The notes under the pieces are model-generated. The model made no database searches, was not told the DNA's origin, and saw nothing but the letters and a program-made list of their open reading frames with translations. A stretch of DNA of 64,000 nucleotides from Callorhinchus milii (taxonomy: Eukaryota), in NCBI RefSeq assembly GCF_018977255.1, contig NW_024704742.1:117926001-117990000 (forward strand), given 5' to 3'. Positions 1 to 12,135 of the stretch are shown piece after piece; within the stretch, counting starts at the first letter, position 1; every line of letters begins with the position of its first letter. A program made the translations under genes and the position numbers.

Positions 1-109
1 AATCTATTATCTTTGGCATAATGACTTCTCTAACACATCAATAAATGTATCTTATTCCCAGTTAATACTATCTGTCCTATTTTGATTTGATATGCTTATA
101 TGTTTCCTT

Positions 110-372
110 GTCTTTTTTTAGACAGCTCTGGAACTCCATCCCCCAGTGCCTTCGCCTTGCCTCCTCCCTTTCCTCCTTCAGGGCCGGTCTCAAGACCTTT
201 CTCTTTGACCATGCCTTCAGCTCCCTTCTCGACTCTCTACTCCCTCCTCGCTCCCTCCCTTCCCTCCCCCTGACCATTTCCCCCCTGCTCGGGTCCTGAC
301 CCAACTGTACAGCGCCTTGGCACGTCCTCCCGACGTGAAAGGCGCTCAATAAATGGAATCTTGTTGTTGTTG
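110..372 (+). mobile_element. L2-clade LINE 3' end fragment
   Basis: Encodes the typical L2 ORF2 C-terminus (LWNSIPQCLRLASSLSSFRAGLKTFLF), then a C-rich 3' UTR, the stem-loop agcgcctt-..acgtcctcccgacgt..-aaggcgct and a (TTG)n tail. Confidence 0.8.
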
Positions 373-1199
373 TATATGATAAAATCAGAAATATGAAAGT
401 CTCCACAAAATCTGTGGTTAAATTTCCATGTTTAGAATCCAAATAGAATTTTCCCCCTAACAGTTAGACTTCCACAAACAGACAGGAAGAAACAGGTAGG
501 AAGTGAGAAGAAAGGACAAAGTAGACCTAAATAAGATATACAGATGCATCATGTGAGCCACAGATCTAACAGAGAATAGTTAGAGAGTTAGTGTAGGATG
601 CAAATACAACCATGATAACCAAGGGTTCACAAAGAAATCTTTGGCAGGGAGTAAAGAGGGAAACAGAGAAAAAGGCAGATTGACACAATATATAAAGAAA
701 ATTGAAGGGCCAAATGCACATATGTGGTCATCTCAGGAGGTCATTGCAGGGGCACAAATTAAAATGAAAAAGCAATGAACCACCAAAACAAGCTTGCACA
801 TTTATATATCTATGGATATGACTTTTCAGTTCCATTAATGCACCCAAGAAACATGCACTAATGTGGTTACTGTGCAACAAGGCCTCAATTAATTGACTGT
901 TTCTTGAATGTTCTTTTATCAGTAAGGAGGTAAAGCCAAGTACTTAATTGATAGTGGCATGATTCACTTAGTGAGCAGCAGCAGAAAAGGTCATGCTTTT
1001 CCTATATGCTTTCCCTGAGGAAACTAAATAGAATTACAGTAAAAAAAACTTAAAAGGAATTATAGTGTGGGGGAACGTACAAGGAATTGGAAATACTGAC
1101 TTCTAGATAAAAGATGCTTTCATTATTTTTCGTGAATTTTGTGCTCCTCGCGGTAAGGGATGTTTGTCCTGGGAATCAGAACATTTTGGGTATTTGTTT

Positions 1200-1460
1200 T
1201 CAGTGTTAAGCACTCTCAGATCAGCTATTGTATTATTAAGTTGTAAGTAAGGCTACCTCAAATCTACCTCATTAATATGCCTCAACCCTAAACACAAAAG
1301 AACATTTCCCATTCTAACAGTCGAGCATTTTTCACAAGGGTCACCCCATGACCAGTCTGTGCATTGTTTTATGCTCACTAGTGACTAGGTTGACATGGGT
1401 AGCATCTCGATGCCATTGAAATGGAGTGGGGTGAGAGTGTTGAACCCACTGCCAGAAGCC
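1200..1460 (-). mobile_element. Degenerate LF-SINE-like remnant
   Basis: Minus strand gggttgaggcatattaatgaggtagatttgaggtagccttact...ctgatctgagagtgctt resembles my recollection of the LF-SINE 3' region. Needs RepeatMasker confirmation. Confidence 0.4.
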
Positions 1461-1487
1461 ATATTGCAGCAGAAAATATCAATAAAT

Positions 1488-1935
1488 ACTTTACAGTATA
1501 TTCTGTGAAGTGCTTTTAGATGTATGAATGACATGATAAACCGTTATATCAAATGCAAGGATTATTGTTATTATTATTATGTTCTCTTGTTCTACTATCT
1601 TGAAGCATCCTAAAATATTGTTCTGGGTTTACATTTTCAATCCCATTTACAATAACAACAACAACAAAATTACATTTGTATAGTGTCAGGAGGACATCCC
1701 AAGGCACTGAACTGACAAAGTTTCGAACCCGAGCTGGGGTTAGAGGTGTATAATATTTAAAATGTAACACACCTCTATAAGATCCCCTTGGAATCATCTT
1801 CTTCCAAGACTGAAAAGCCCTGGCTTGTCTTATCGTCCCTCATGAAGCTCAATCCTCTAACACTGGGGATTATCTTTGGTTCTCTCCTCTGTATTGCCTT
1901 TAGGGCCTGTGTCACGGTGCCCAGAACTGTAATAC
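1488..1935. mobile_element. Nested cluster: SINE tail (+, about 1488-1579), old CR1 ORF2 C-terminal pieces (-, about 1580-1650 and 1770-1935), L2 tail (-, about 1653-1710)
   Basis: SINE tail atcaaatgcaaggattatt. Minus-strand GIENVNPEQYFRMLQDSRTREH resembles the CR1 xxSRTRGH motif. (CAA)n followed by ttacatttgtatagtg is a reversed L2 tail. Confidence 0.6.
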
Positions 1936-2739
1936 ACAAGGCAGTGCTGGCAATCTTGCACTCATCATATTGAATGACCTACTTAATTGAACAGGTGGAA
2001 TTCCCTCAGAATTCATGTTGTAGCATTAAGTAATGGTTTGATGAAAAGATTTCAACCTCTGACCTTCAAATCCACAACAGCTACAAAGTTGTTTAAAATT
2101 GTGAATCTGCAGCTTCCAGATCTTTTTGTCTCATTTTGAAACAGAACATTTTATATCAAAAATAATTCACATTATATTTGTGTTCCCGTTTCAAAGCACA
2201 GACAAAGGAGCAGCAATTCACAGATTTTCAGATATAAAATATGAAATGACTGTACAGTACATTGTGTATGGTTCCAGGGAATCTCACCTGGTAGGTCTTC
2301 AATCAAGTTCCAGTTGCATTATCTCACAAGAATCAATAACACATATGGCACCAAACAAAATTGATTCCAAAAGAATAAAATCACATATCCCTACATGTAC
2401 GAGATTTCTTTGAACTTCAGATGTTTGAAATGTACGATATCTGTGAATGAGCATCTTTGGCTGCAGCCTTAACCTTCAAAATAATGTTAGTCTTTTGAAA
2501 AATAATGTGCTGTGATTTGGGACTTCCTCCTGACGTGAAAGGTGCTTTACAAATGTAACTTGTTGTTGTTGTTGTTGTGGCTGATACAAAGCATGTTTGC
2601 CTCCCACAATGGTGCCCTATTGTCACAGCCCCAGGCAAGACATGTTTGACACAGGCTCACAATTTTGCGGACTACAGTAACATAGGAACACTTCATATGA
2701 AGAACTTAAATTTTTGTAGTAGCTTATCATGTCAGAATA

Positions 2740-2975
2740 TCTCAAAACACTTTAAAGTAGTTACTGTCAAGTGTGGTGATTGATCTTGTAGGCAAACACA
2801 GCAGTAATCTGTGCCAGAAGATTCCATAACAGCCATGAGACCAATGAGCCAATTATTCTGGAAGGTTGTTGGCCATGAGAGAAACCTTTTCTTTTTGAAT
2901 AGTGTCATGGGATCGTTAACATCCAACAGGCTGACATAAGTTCAGTCTAAAGTTTCATTTTAAAATGGCGCCTCT
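2740..2975 (-). mobile_element. Deu-domain SINE (SacSINE1/AmnSINE1-like) fragment
   Basis: aatagtgtcatgggatcgttaacatcca..ggctgac matches the recurrent core aatagtgccatgggatcttt..catccacctga..ggcagac seen in other copies in this window. Confidence 0.55.
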
Positions 2976-3275
2976 CTAGAATCTTCATCGCCCTCTCTGA
3001 AAAGTCTCCAAACTTTGATGTTTCTTTGAAATTTAAGGGGCCCAAAAGCACGCATAATATTCCTAATATGACTTTCAAACCCAAACGCACACTGTGGAGT
3101 CCACAAGTCTTGGTTCTTGCCAATCTGCCCATAATACTCTTCGGAATTACACAAAGCGCATATTCCATTCCAGACACAGGGAAATTTTCATTATGTAGAT
3201 GGCAGAAATATTTGGAACTCTCAATCTCGTTTGGATACTCTTAAGCATGGTAATGTATTTGCGCAATTATCATAA

Positions 3276-3580
3276 TTAATAATAATCCTTGCATTTGATA
3301 TAGTGCCTTATCATGTCATTGAGGCGGCTCACAGTGAGATGTCTCACAAGTGCTTCACAGGATATCGTGTAAAGTGGATTGACTGTGTATTTTGTGGGCG
3401 AAATGCAGCAGCCAGTTATGCACAGCAATGTCCCACAAACAACCATGTTTTTATTTTGAGGGATTTGTTGGCCAGGACACCAGGAGATACTCCCTTCTCT
3501 TTTCAATAATGCCATGGGATCTTTAACATCCATCTGAACAGGCAGACGAGACCTTGGTTTCATGTCTCATCTGAAGGACT
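3276..3580 (-). mobile_element. Deu-domain SINE with (ATT)n L2-type tail
   Basis: taataatccttgcatttgatatagtgcc tail plus the Deu core tgccatgggatctttaacatccatctgaacaggcagacgagaccttggtttcatgtctcatctgaagga. Confidence 0.7.
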
Positions 3581-6014
3581 GAAATATCAGACACCTGGCA
3601 GATGAAAAAATATATATGCAAAGTTAATAAAGTTTAGAATGTGATTTAACTGGCATTGCAAGCTGAAAATTAAAAACAGATCAAAAGATTAGTCTTTAAA
3701 CAGTTAAGATTCAAAATCAAGCTAGAAAAAAATCTTAAACTGTATGGTGCTGTTTAAAATAAAAAATCCTTCCATAAAGACTTTCTCTTCGTGTTTCAGT
3801 CAGCTTTCAGTAAAGCTAGTTCTTTACTGGTTGCAAAGCTATCTGTCCCACCATTATCCTCAGATCCTATGGCAACAGTAGTCAGCGTTCCAAAATCAGA
3901 CATGCAGGGAAGTATTTGAAGTAATTAGTGTTTAATTATTTCAGTGCTTTCTTAGTCAGGTATGAAACTCTATTTACTTCAGTCTCAGCCATCACTGCTT
4001 TATGCACAGGTTGAGCTGGTTTACTGTGCAAGGACATTTAGTAATCCATTCAATTAATTTTCTAAAATAATATGGGTCTTAATAAAGTGATTATTTGGGC
4101 TATTGTGATTAGAGAGAGAGAGATTTTTTTTGTTCAGTTAGTAATTAATGAAAGAGCCTCAGTGACATGAGGATAATTTAGTTTATTGTATATTATAGAA
4201 CATTTCCATTCAGCTATGCAGCTAACATAAATGCAACAGTTCAGTAGCACCGATGACAATTATTGCTTCAAGCTCCTGCATTTTACACGCCTGTGTCACT
4301 GAGTAGCAGAATGTAGGTTACGCCTTGTGTCTGGTCACATGTTATCATGCATCTTCTCTAGGGGGAGAAACAGATGGCAAAGATCAAGCACTTCTCCAAA
4401 GGAAAGGTGAGAAAATCAACCTATGTCGTTGTTGCATGCCTCTTAGTGACTAATTGAAGCTTAGGGACCAGTTGCCTCTTTGTGAACAATTGCCTATTTG
4501 TGGTCAATTGAAATATTATTATTATTATTACATTGATAAAACAACTTGAAACAAGTGAACTGCCAACTTTCAAGTCTCAGAATAGTGAGGGAGTACAAAG
4601 AACTTAAGGAGTATCATTTGAGACAACGCCACCTTTCTTTAATTAGATGGGCCATGAATCTGATATGGATACAGAACTTAATACATTTATAACATATCTG
4701 AATGTAGTAAATAACTGTATATTAATATCTGGTTTATTTAAATAAAAAGTGGAAATGAAAGTGTTTGTAATGGTAATGAAACACTTTTCCTGAGACATTG
4801 ATTTGATCATTGTTACAGTTGCTAAGAACACAGATATTTGAAATTAAAGGGTACAGGGGTCAGCAATAGTAAATGCAATTTTTCAAAATGAAATACATGA
4901 TGTCAAAGCAGTATAAAATAGGAAGACACATTGTCACTTAGCCTTGTAAACATCTATGCCCAGATTTTCTGTCCGAAGCACCTCTTGGAAATTCAGTGCT
5001 AGATTATTTCGTAGGGGGAAAGGGCAAAACTACTTCAAGGGAAGTTGCAAGGAGTGTAGACTACCTCAACCCAAAGGAAGTTGAGAAGGAAGAGGATGAG
5101 AAGGAGAGAGCATGTAACATCAACTGACATAAGGATGTAACAGATGATGTGCTGCAAAAATCTGGACCCCCTTTGAGGGATTACGTTTTAAGCTTCAAGA
5201 AGTATGTCAAGTACATCAGCAGAAAGACCTCGTTACTATCCTCCAGGCAGATGTGTTGTATCTCGCTAAAGCTTTTTACTGGACTTCAACCATGTGGGAA
5301 ACTGGATGAGTAGAGAAGATAGTCCAATGGTCTATGCCTTCTAAAAATTGTTACAATGCAATCATTTGTGGATGTCAGTAGGAGTCATCTACTGGGGCTT
5401 CAATCCATAACCACCACTGCTAACCAGCTTCATGTTAGATCTGTCTCATACTTTCTCCAAAGGGAAGATTGTAACAAAGTGGAAGTAGCAATGTTGGGAT
5501 CATGAGTTTGGATCATTGCATATGCGTGCAATCATATTTTTATGTCACAAACTAATCTACTTACTTAAATGAAAGTCTTTCCTGTCACAGTAAGCATTTT
5601 AACTCGCATGGTGAGATGCCCGCAGTTCTACAAGTGTGCAATCAGTTGTACCCAAAACCCCAGAGAATCCATCAGTGTTATAGAGATCTCATTCTGTTTG
5701 CTGTTGCTGCTCTCGGATCATGAGAAAACAGATATAATGAGCTGGTTGACTGACCAATGCAGCAATCACTTGGATGATATAATTACACACAGTTGACTAA
5801 CCGATGTCTCCTATAACATCAGCAGGGGCTGAAGTTTAAAAAAACAGCAGCTTTGAAGCTGAATGCAGTTATCACCTTCAGTACTACGACAAGGATGGAC
5901 CAACATCTGATTGACTCTCTCTCATACTGTCATTGTAACTTTTGCTCCAGTGTTAAGCTATGATCATATCTTACTCGGCAATAACCGAGTATAGGGCACA
6001 CAATCAGTGTCACC

Positions 6015-6300
6015 TCTGGCCACTCTGACCTGCGCTGAGTTGGATAATCTCAGCTGGAGTAGTACTATAGCTGGTCTCAATACCTCTGAGTTAGGGTGGG
6101 CAAAAACAGCTAGGGTTTCTTCAAAATATTCCTATCTAGGTCTGAATGTTGGATGATGACAGGATTGATTTGGCTGTGAAACCCTCAATGGCTCAATAAT
6201 CTGCCAACACTCACTGTTAAAACTCGCAAGTGAAGAATGGCCACTTGAACCAGGTACAAGAGGCTGGCCAGAGCCTGTCAAACCCCACCCCAGTGGAAGA
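6015..6300 (+). mobile_element. Ancient chondrichthyan SINE-like repeat (second copy at about 55490-55740)
   Basis: ctgcgctgagttggataatctcagctgg...gacaggatt...ctgccaacactcactg...tgaagaatggccacttg is recognised from memory as a widespread shark repeat. A related fragment (ctgctcctgat...tatccagt) at 55.5 kb is split by a SINE tail. Confidence 0.45.
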
Positions 6301-8174
6301 AAAAGGGTACTGATAGTTACAGCAGAGGAGAAGGGAAAGTGGGAAACACTAGATGATAAAAATTGATACAGGGAGAAAAGGAAAATTGAAATCATTCTTT
6401 TATGCTGTGTTTGTTTTCAGTAAACAAATGGTTACTTAGAGCTCAGAGGATTTTGAGTGTATTTCTATTCAATTGATGAAATAGCAACCTCGGTAATTAA
6501 ATAGAAATGTGTTAGACTCAATGGATTAAACACATAATCAGCTTTGGTGGACATTAGTTTTGACAACACGTTATTTTATATTTCATTTATTTAGCTTTCG
6601 CTTTCACTAACTGCTGCCTTAAAAGGCTGCAAACTGATGGGAAAGGAAGACATTTGTATAAAGATGTTAGCAGTGTAATGCCATTTACTTTTACTTTCCT
6701 GATGTTGTTCTGTGGCCCTGTGTTCCACGTGAAGCATGTCAAATTGGCCCAAAAAAAACAAATTCTACAGCAATAGAAAGGCATTCACACTTCAATGGCT
6801 ATTGATTTATTTCATTTATTGACACAAGATAGACTTGAGGTAAGCACTTAGTTCCTCCATTTCGCTATTCTGCAAACGGCGGTTCCGAATAATCACAGCA
6901 GTATTCCTAAACACACTGGGTCACCATTTGTTACGGCTCCTTCATCACTGTGTGAAAAATTATCTAATGAAGAATAGGTGGAACAGACCTGCAAATTAAT
7001 TGACCAGGGTGAGAGTGAAACTAATTATTCAGGTTATATAATAACATTTTGCATTGGTCTGTTTATGATTACAGCTGGTAGATGAATGATTACCTTTTAC
7101 AAAACAGGTTTTTACTGACAAAAGGTAATGCTCAATAAATTGCTTTTACGTAGCTTTAATGCAAGGTTTTCAGCCATTTCATGTTTTGTCTGTGGAAATA
7201 CAATGAGCCTTGTTTGCAAAATATTTGTAAGTGAAACAATCTAGAATGCTGCCTTTTTTTGCTGTAAGTTGTCATTGCACAATATTTTAAATACATATTT
7301 TCTGCAATCAAAATGCATGACATTTTTGGTAAGCAGAATAGATTTCAAATGGTATAAATCTGTGCAATTTTTAAAAAAAGTCATATAATTATAAAATATT
7401 GAACTCCCTCTGGATACCCATTTCACTGAAGTTGGAATTGAGATTGGATTCCAAGCAAAGTTCCAATGGGTTGACAGCAACAATTTCACTCTTTTCAAAT
7501 ACTTTTGCAAATCTTGCAAATTAGGCTTTTTTTTAAAGTCAGACGACTGACACATGCGGAAACCCATAACCATCTTTACGAGTATCCAAACCAAACTGAG
7601 AATTCCATGCATCCCACCTACACATGGAAATTCCAGAGGTAGAATTGTTCGAATGAAATGAGCACTCTCTCCCTGGAGGGACACATCCTGCTTACCTAAT
7701 TATTAACTAAGATTAGGTGCAGGTTGGCAAGAGCCAAGGCTTGGGGACCCCAGAGTGTGCGTTGGGATACTGCTGGAGTCTAATCAGCTAAAACCGCATA
7801 GCTTGCCATTAATAACATTATCTGGCAAGCTTTCCCGCTGCTTGTCCACCTAGGACCATCCTACCATTAGGGTTTTGGCTTGCAGAGTTAACAAGAGCTG
7901 ACTGGAAGGATTCCCTGCCCCCAGTGACTGGTCTACCCTTCCAAGTCCTGCCGATGTGCTGTCGTCAGCAGTGCCCTGGAATACTGTGGATCCACCTGAC
8001 TCAGGAGCCAGACTACCGAGAATGCCACAGAGGGCTTCCTCAATTCTGGCATTCAATTGCCAAGCATGTCTCCTAGGAGCCATTTAGGTTCCAAAATTGC
8101 ACCAATTACACAGAATTACAAAGAATATAACATCATGGAAACTGGCCATTCGGCCCAACTAATTTTTAATTTTT

Positions 8175-8432
8175 AGGTCTTGGGTTTGATTCCCGGCCAG
8201 GGCGAAAGTTTAGGCAAGTTTTCTTACTCCACACGCCTCTGTTTACCTAGCAGTAAGTAGGCACCTGGTTGTTTGTCGATTAATAATAAGAATAATTTGG
8301 TCACTCAATCCACAACTGTGGGTGAGACACTGCTGTGTACAATTGCCTGCTGGGTTTCGCCCACAAAATGTACAGTCAATTCACTTTACAGTATATTCTG
8401 TGAAGCGCTTTGAGACGTCTCGAAGGCATGAA
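8175..8432 (+). mobile_element. tRNA-derived SINE, 5'-truncated, long type
   Basis: B-box remnant gggtttgattcccggccagggcgaaa, body ggcaagttttcttactccacac...gtttacctagcagtaagtagg, and tail gtgaagcgctttgagacgtc. Confidence 0.85.
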
Positions 8433-9363
8433 GAAGTTTCTCCTAAACTCCTTAATGGATCTTCTAATATATATCTTATATTTATACCTCCTAGTTTGGG
8501 ATTCACCAATAAATGGAAATTGGGTATCGACATTCTTCGTATTGTGTGCCTGAGTAACAACATTCACTTCATTATTGATGAATTTTATTTCATAAAATGC
8601 TTTGAAACATTTACTTTCACATGAAAGCCACTATTTAAAATACACCAAAATGCAAACTGTTATGGTAATTTTGATTTCTAGCTAATGAACATTATTTTCC
8701 CACCTTTCAAATGGACAACTGGCAACTGACAGGAAGAAGCAGAAAGTGAAAAGATAAAATTAGAACCTAATGGAAGGAAATGTTAAATTAGTTGAAAAGA
8801 TGTTAAATAGATGTTTTTTTAAAAAAAGCTTAATAAAGAAAAGAATGATAATGGGGAAGAAGAAAACAATAATGAAAGATGACAGTGCCAAAAAACAGAG
8901 ATAATGTGGTTTAAATGCTTCATTTTTATTTGGAAGTGTAATTGTTGTCTTATTTTAATGAATTATGGTCATTGTCACCATAATAAAATGATCCCTGATC
9001 CCATCATATGATATGATCCCATATATTGTATTTAAGTATTTGCTAAATTCTGGACACTCTGAAATGCATAAATGGCATAAATCTAAATGCAAGTGGAATA
9101 TCTCCCCATATTTTTTGTTTCGAGTCCTGCCACATTTGTGTAAATAAAAATAAACTTTGGCAAATACTTAAACGCAGCCTAAATTTTGAATCTGGGTTTT
9201 GGGGTAAGTGCTTTTAAGAACTATCAGAAAACTGGCTTCAAAGTTTGGATTGAATTCAACAATTTTCAAATTTCTGGACTATCGGGCACAGAAGTACATA
9301 AATAGAGTCAATTTAGACCAAAGTGGAATTTCTCTCCATGTGTGGCTATACGCAGTAACAAAC

Positions 9364-9485
9364 GAAAATGCTGGAAATGTTCATAAGGATAATCAGAAAT
9401 GAATTCTGATGAAGAGTCACACCCAATGTTAAGCTGTCTTTCTTTTTCACAAGCCTGATTGAACTCCTCACATTCCAGCATTTTC
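9364..9485. mobile_element. Short fold-back element with 13-bp terminal inverted repeats (Penelope-derived-like)
   Basis: gaaaatgctggaa (9364-9376) and ttccagcattttc (9473-9485) are perfect inverted repeats, with internal tctgatgaagagtca. A similar left arm occurs at about 10180-10228. Confidence 0.55.
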
Positions 9486-10734
9486 AATTTTAATGTTTTA
9501 CCAAGACTGTATGAACAGATGTTTAGATTGAATTATTTGATTACTGTATTTACATGAAGGACGTATCATAAGTACATAATGACCGGAAAATTTAATGCAG
9601 CAATCTTTATTCTATAGTAAATAAGATAGAGTGGGCTTTTTTTTATGACAATCATCATTTAAGAAGTCATTCTGAGGTGAGATTATACACTTGGTTGAAG
9701 ACACTGCAGGAAATCTAATTCAGATACTTACATGCGTATTTCTGGTTATTGGATATCATAATAAAAGCTTAAACTGATTATAACTATCTGAGAATGGTCG
9801 AAGGATTCCTCTTAGTAAATGGTGATGGACAACAAAGGACACAAAGAGAAAGGCATATGCCTTTGGAGTCCACTGGCCTCCCATATCCCTCAAATCAACA
9901 TTTGTTAGAGAAGTAGATTAATTAATTAGAGATTGTTGGATATTTGCCAACTACAAGAGGATTCATAGTGTCAATCTTTATTCAGCGCAGCGTTGCCAGC
10001 AGCAGTAAAGTTGTGCTCATTTTCTCTGTTCTTGGCTCATTTCAAACTCGTCCAGGTAATACCAAGAGCATCAGCAAGTCTGTTATATTGAATTGTATTA
10101 CTCAGGTTACAGCTGCAACGGTCAAGAGAACATTTGTAGAGATAAAAGAAGCAAAACTGTGAATACGGTAAAAATGAAATAAAAACAGAAAGCGATGGAA
10201 ATGCACAGCAGGTCAATCAGCACCTGAACAAGAAAAATACCCCCACTGTGACACCTTCCTTTATAAGTGTACAGAAGCAAGTCTGGTAAATTTACCAACA
10301 AATAGAGAATAATGCACACAATGCCAAGGTCAGTAAGTTTAACGACAATCGGAGAATAACCTGTTGGATTCCAGGAAGGAGCTTGAAAGGAGGATAAATG
10401 GGAAAAAAAACAAAGGCAAAACCACTAAACCAAAAAAGAACACTTTTAACGGTATATAATAGAAAGTGTAAATTAGACAAACAACATTCAGAGAAAAGGT
10501 TAATAACAAACCTTAGACTTCAATTGTTAGTGGAGAAGATCAAAATACTCGGATCAAAATACCAACATTTCCCTTCAGAAAAATACTTCTCCTACTCATG
10601 TGGAGCATAAATTGTCTTCTACACTCACATCCAATCCACTATTTCAGTGAAAGAGAGTCATAGAATCACAGAATTTTACAGCATACAAAGAGAGCATTCA
10701 GCCCATTGAGTCTATAATGATGTTTTCTCCACCT

Positions 10735-11068
10735 AATAATAATAATAATAATAGCAACAACAACAATCCTTGCATTTGATATAAGGTTTTTCATGTTTTC
10801 TAGACACCTCAAAGCACTGCACAAAATATACTGTAAAGTGAACTGACTGTATATCTGTGGGCGAAATGTGGCAGCTAATAGCACACAGCAGTGTTCCACA
10901 AACAGTCGTGGTTTGACATGACCAGTTTATTATTCTTTCTTTTTCTTGAGGGATTATTATCAAGCGTGTGGAGTAAGAAAACTTACCCAAGGTTTCACCC
11001 GGCCAGGAATCGAACCCAGGTCTCTCACTTGAGAGGCAAGTGCTCTAACCACTGAACTACAGGAATCC
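10735..11068 (-). mobile_element. Full-length tRNA-derived SINE, short type
   Basis: Minus-strand head ggattcctgtagttcagtggttagagcacttgcc...cctgggttcgattcctggcc carries A and B boxes; L2-type tail. It is inserted into a CR1 3' end (catagaatcacagaattttacagc at about 10659). Confidence 0.9.
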
Positions 11069-11198
11069 ACATAAACTTCACCTAAACTTCCTAATCTAAT
11101 CCCCCTATCCTCTGCCCTTTAATCATTCCTCCTTTTCAAGTATCTATCTAATTCAAAATAATAACAATAATAACATAAAGATTATTTGCACCATTATC

Positions 11199-11578
11199 GG
11201 AGTCCTGTAGCTTAGTGGTTGGAGCATTCGCCTCGAAGCGAGAGGACCTGGGTTCGATTTCCGGGCAGGGCGAAACATTAGGCAAGTTTCCTTACTCCAC
11301 ACGATTCTGTCTACCGAGCAGTAGGTAGGAACCTGGTTGTTAGTCGATTGGCGGATTGCTTTTCCTGCAGTAATAATCCCTTAAAAAAATTAAATAATAA
11401 TAATTTGTTTTCTTAATCCATGATTGTTTGTGGGACGCTGCTGTGCACAATTGGCTGCAGCATTTCACCCCCAAAAATATGCAGTCACTTCATTGTGCAG
11501 TATATTTTGTGAAACGCTTTGAAACATCTTGAAAACATGATAAGGTGCTATATCAAATGCAAGGATTATTATTATTAT
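11199..11578 (+). mobile_element. Full-length tRNA-derived SINE, long type
   Basis: Head ggagtcctgtagcttagtggttggagcattcgcctcgaagcgagaggacctgggttcgatttcc; tail tatatcaaatgcaagg(att)n. Confidence 0.92.
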
Positions 11579-11659
11579 AATTACATTTTAAAATAATTTA
11601 TGGGTATTTCTTCAAGAATGGAATCAGTGCATAATAGGCTACAAAACATTAATCCATTT

Positions 11660-12135
11660 GCAGAATTTCCTCTGGTGCAGGTTTACACAAACTAGACACG
11701 TTCAGAGTGAAGTAACCTGTGTAAATGTTGTGGTCCATATTAATAGGAGCCTTCTGCTTCCACAATAAGCTATCTGTGATGCATGAACATTGTAACAACG
11801 TTCACTGTAAAATATCCTGTAAAATATCAACGCAGGATTAATTCATCCTTCAAAATTTCTGCTTAGCAGCAACTATTGAGAAAGATAATCATTTAACTAG
11901 ATAGCTCTTGAGATTTATGGGTATCCATTCAACCCATCACTTATGACACTATTCTATACCCACAAACAATGGTGAGAGCTTCTACGATGAATCCCAGTTC
12001 ACTATCCAATTAGCGGTGGAGAACACCTTTATGATGCTTGAGTAGAGATGGAGGTTTCTGGGATAGGCCTGGTGCTCCCTTGCAATATGTCCCAAAAAAC
12101 ATTTATTATTTGTTGCATATTGGCTTCATAACGTA
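11660..12135 (+). pseudogene. PIF/Harbinger (HARBI1-like) DDE transposase fossil
   Basis: Frame-broken translation gives ordered motifs FPLVQ.., AICDA, VTVKYP, GYPFNPSLMTL, ESFYDESQFTIQLAVENTFMMLE*RWRFL, DRPGAPLQYVPK and LHN. These are colinear with the Harbinger consensus CDA..KWPGS.HD..GD.GYPL.PWLMTP..YN.AH..TR..VER.FG.LK.RWRCL..SGG.LQY.P...LHN. Confidence 0.75.

Noticed and set aside
7241..7684. 147-aa ORF
   Set aside because: No recognisable domain, AT-rich codons and no convincing splice context; likely chance.
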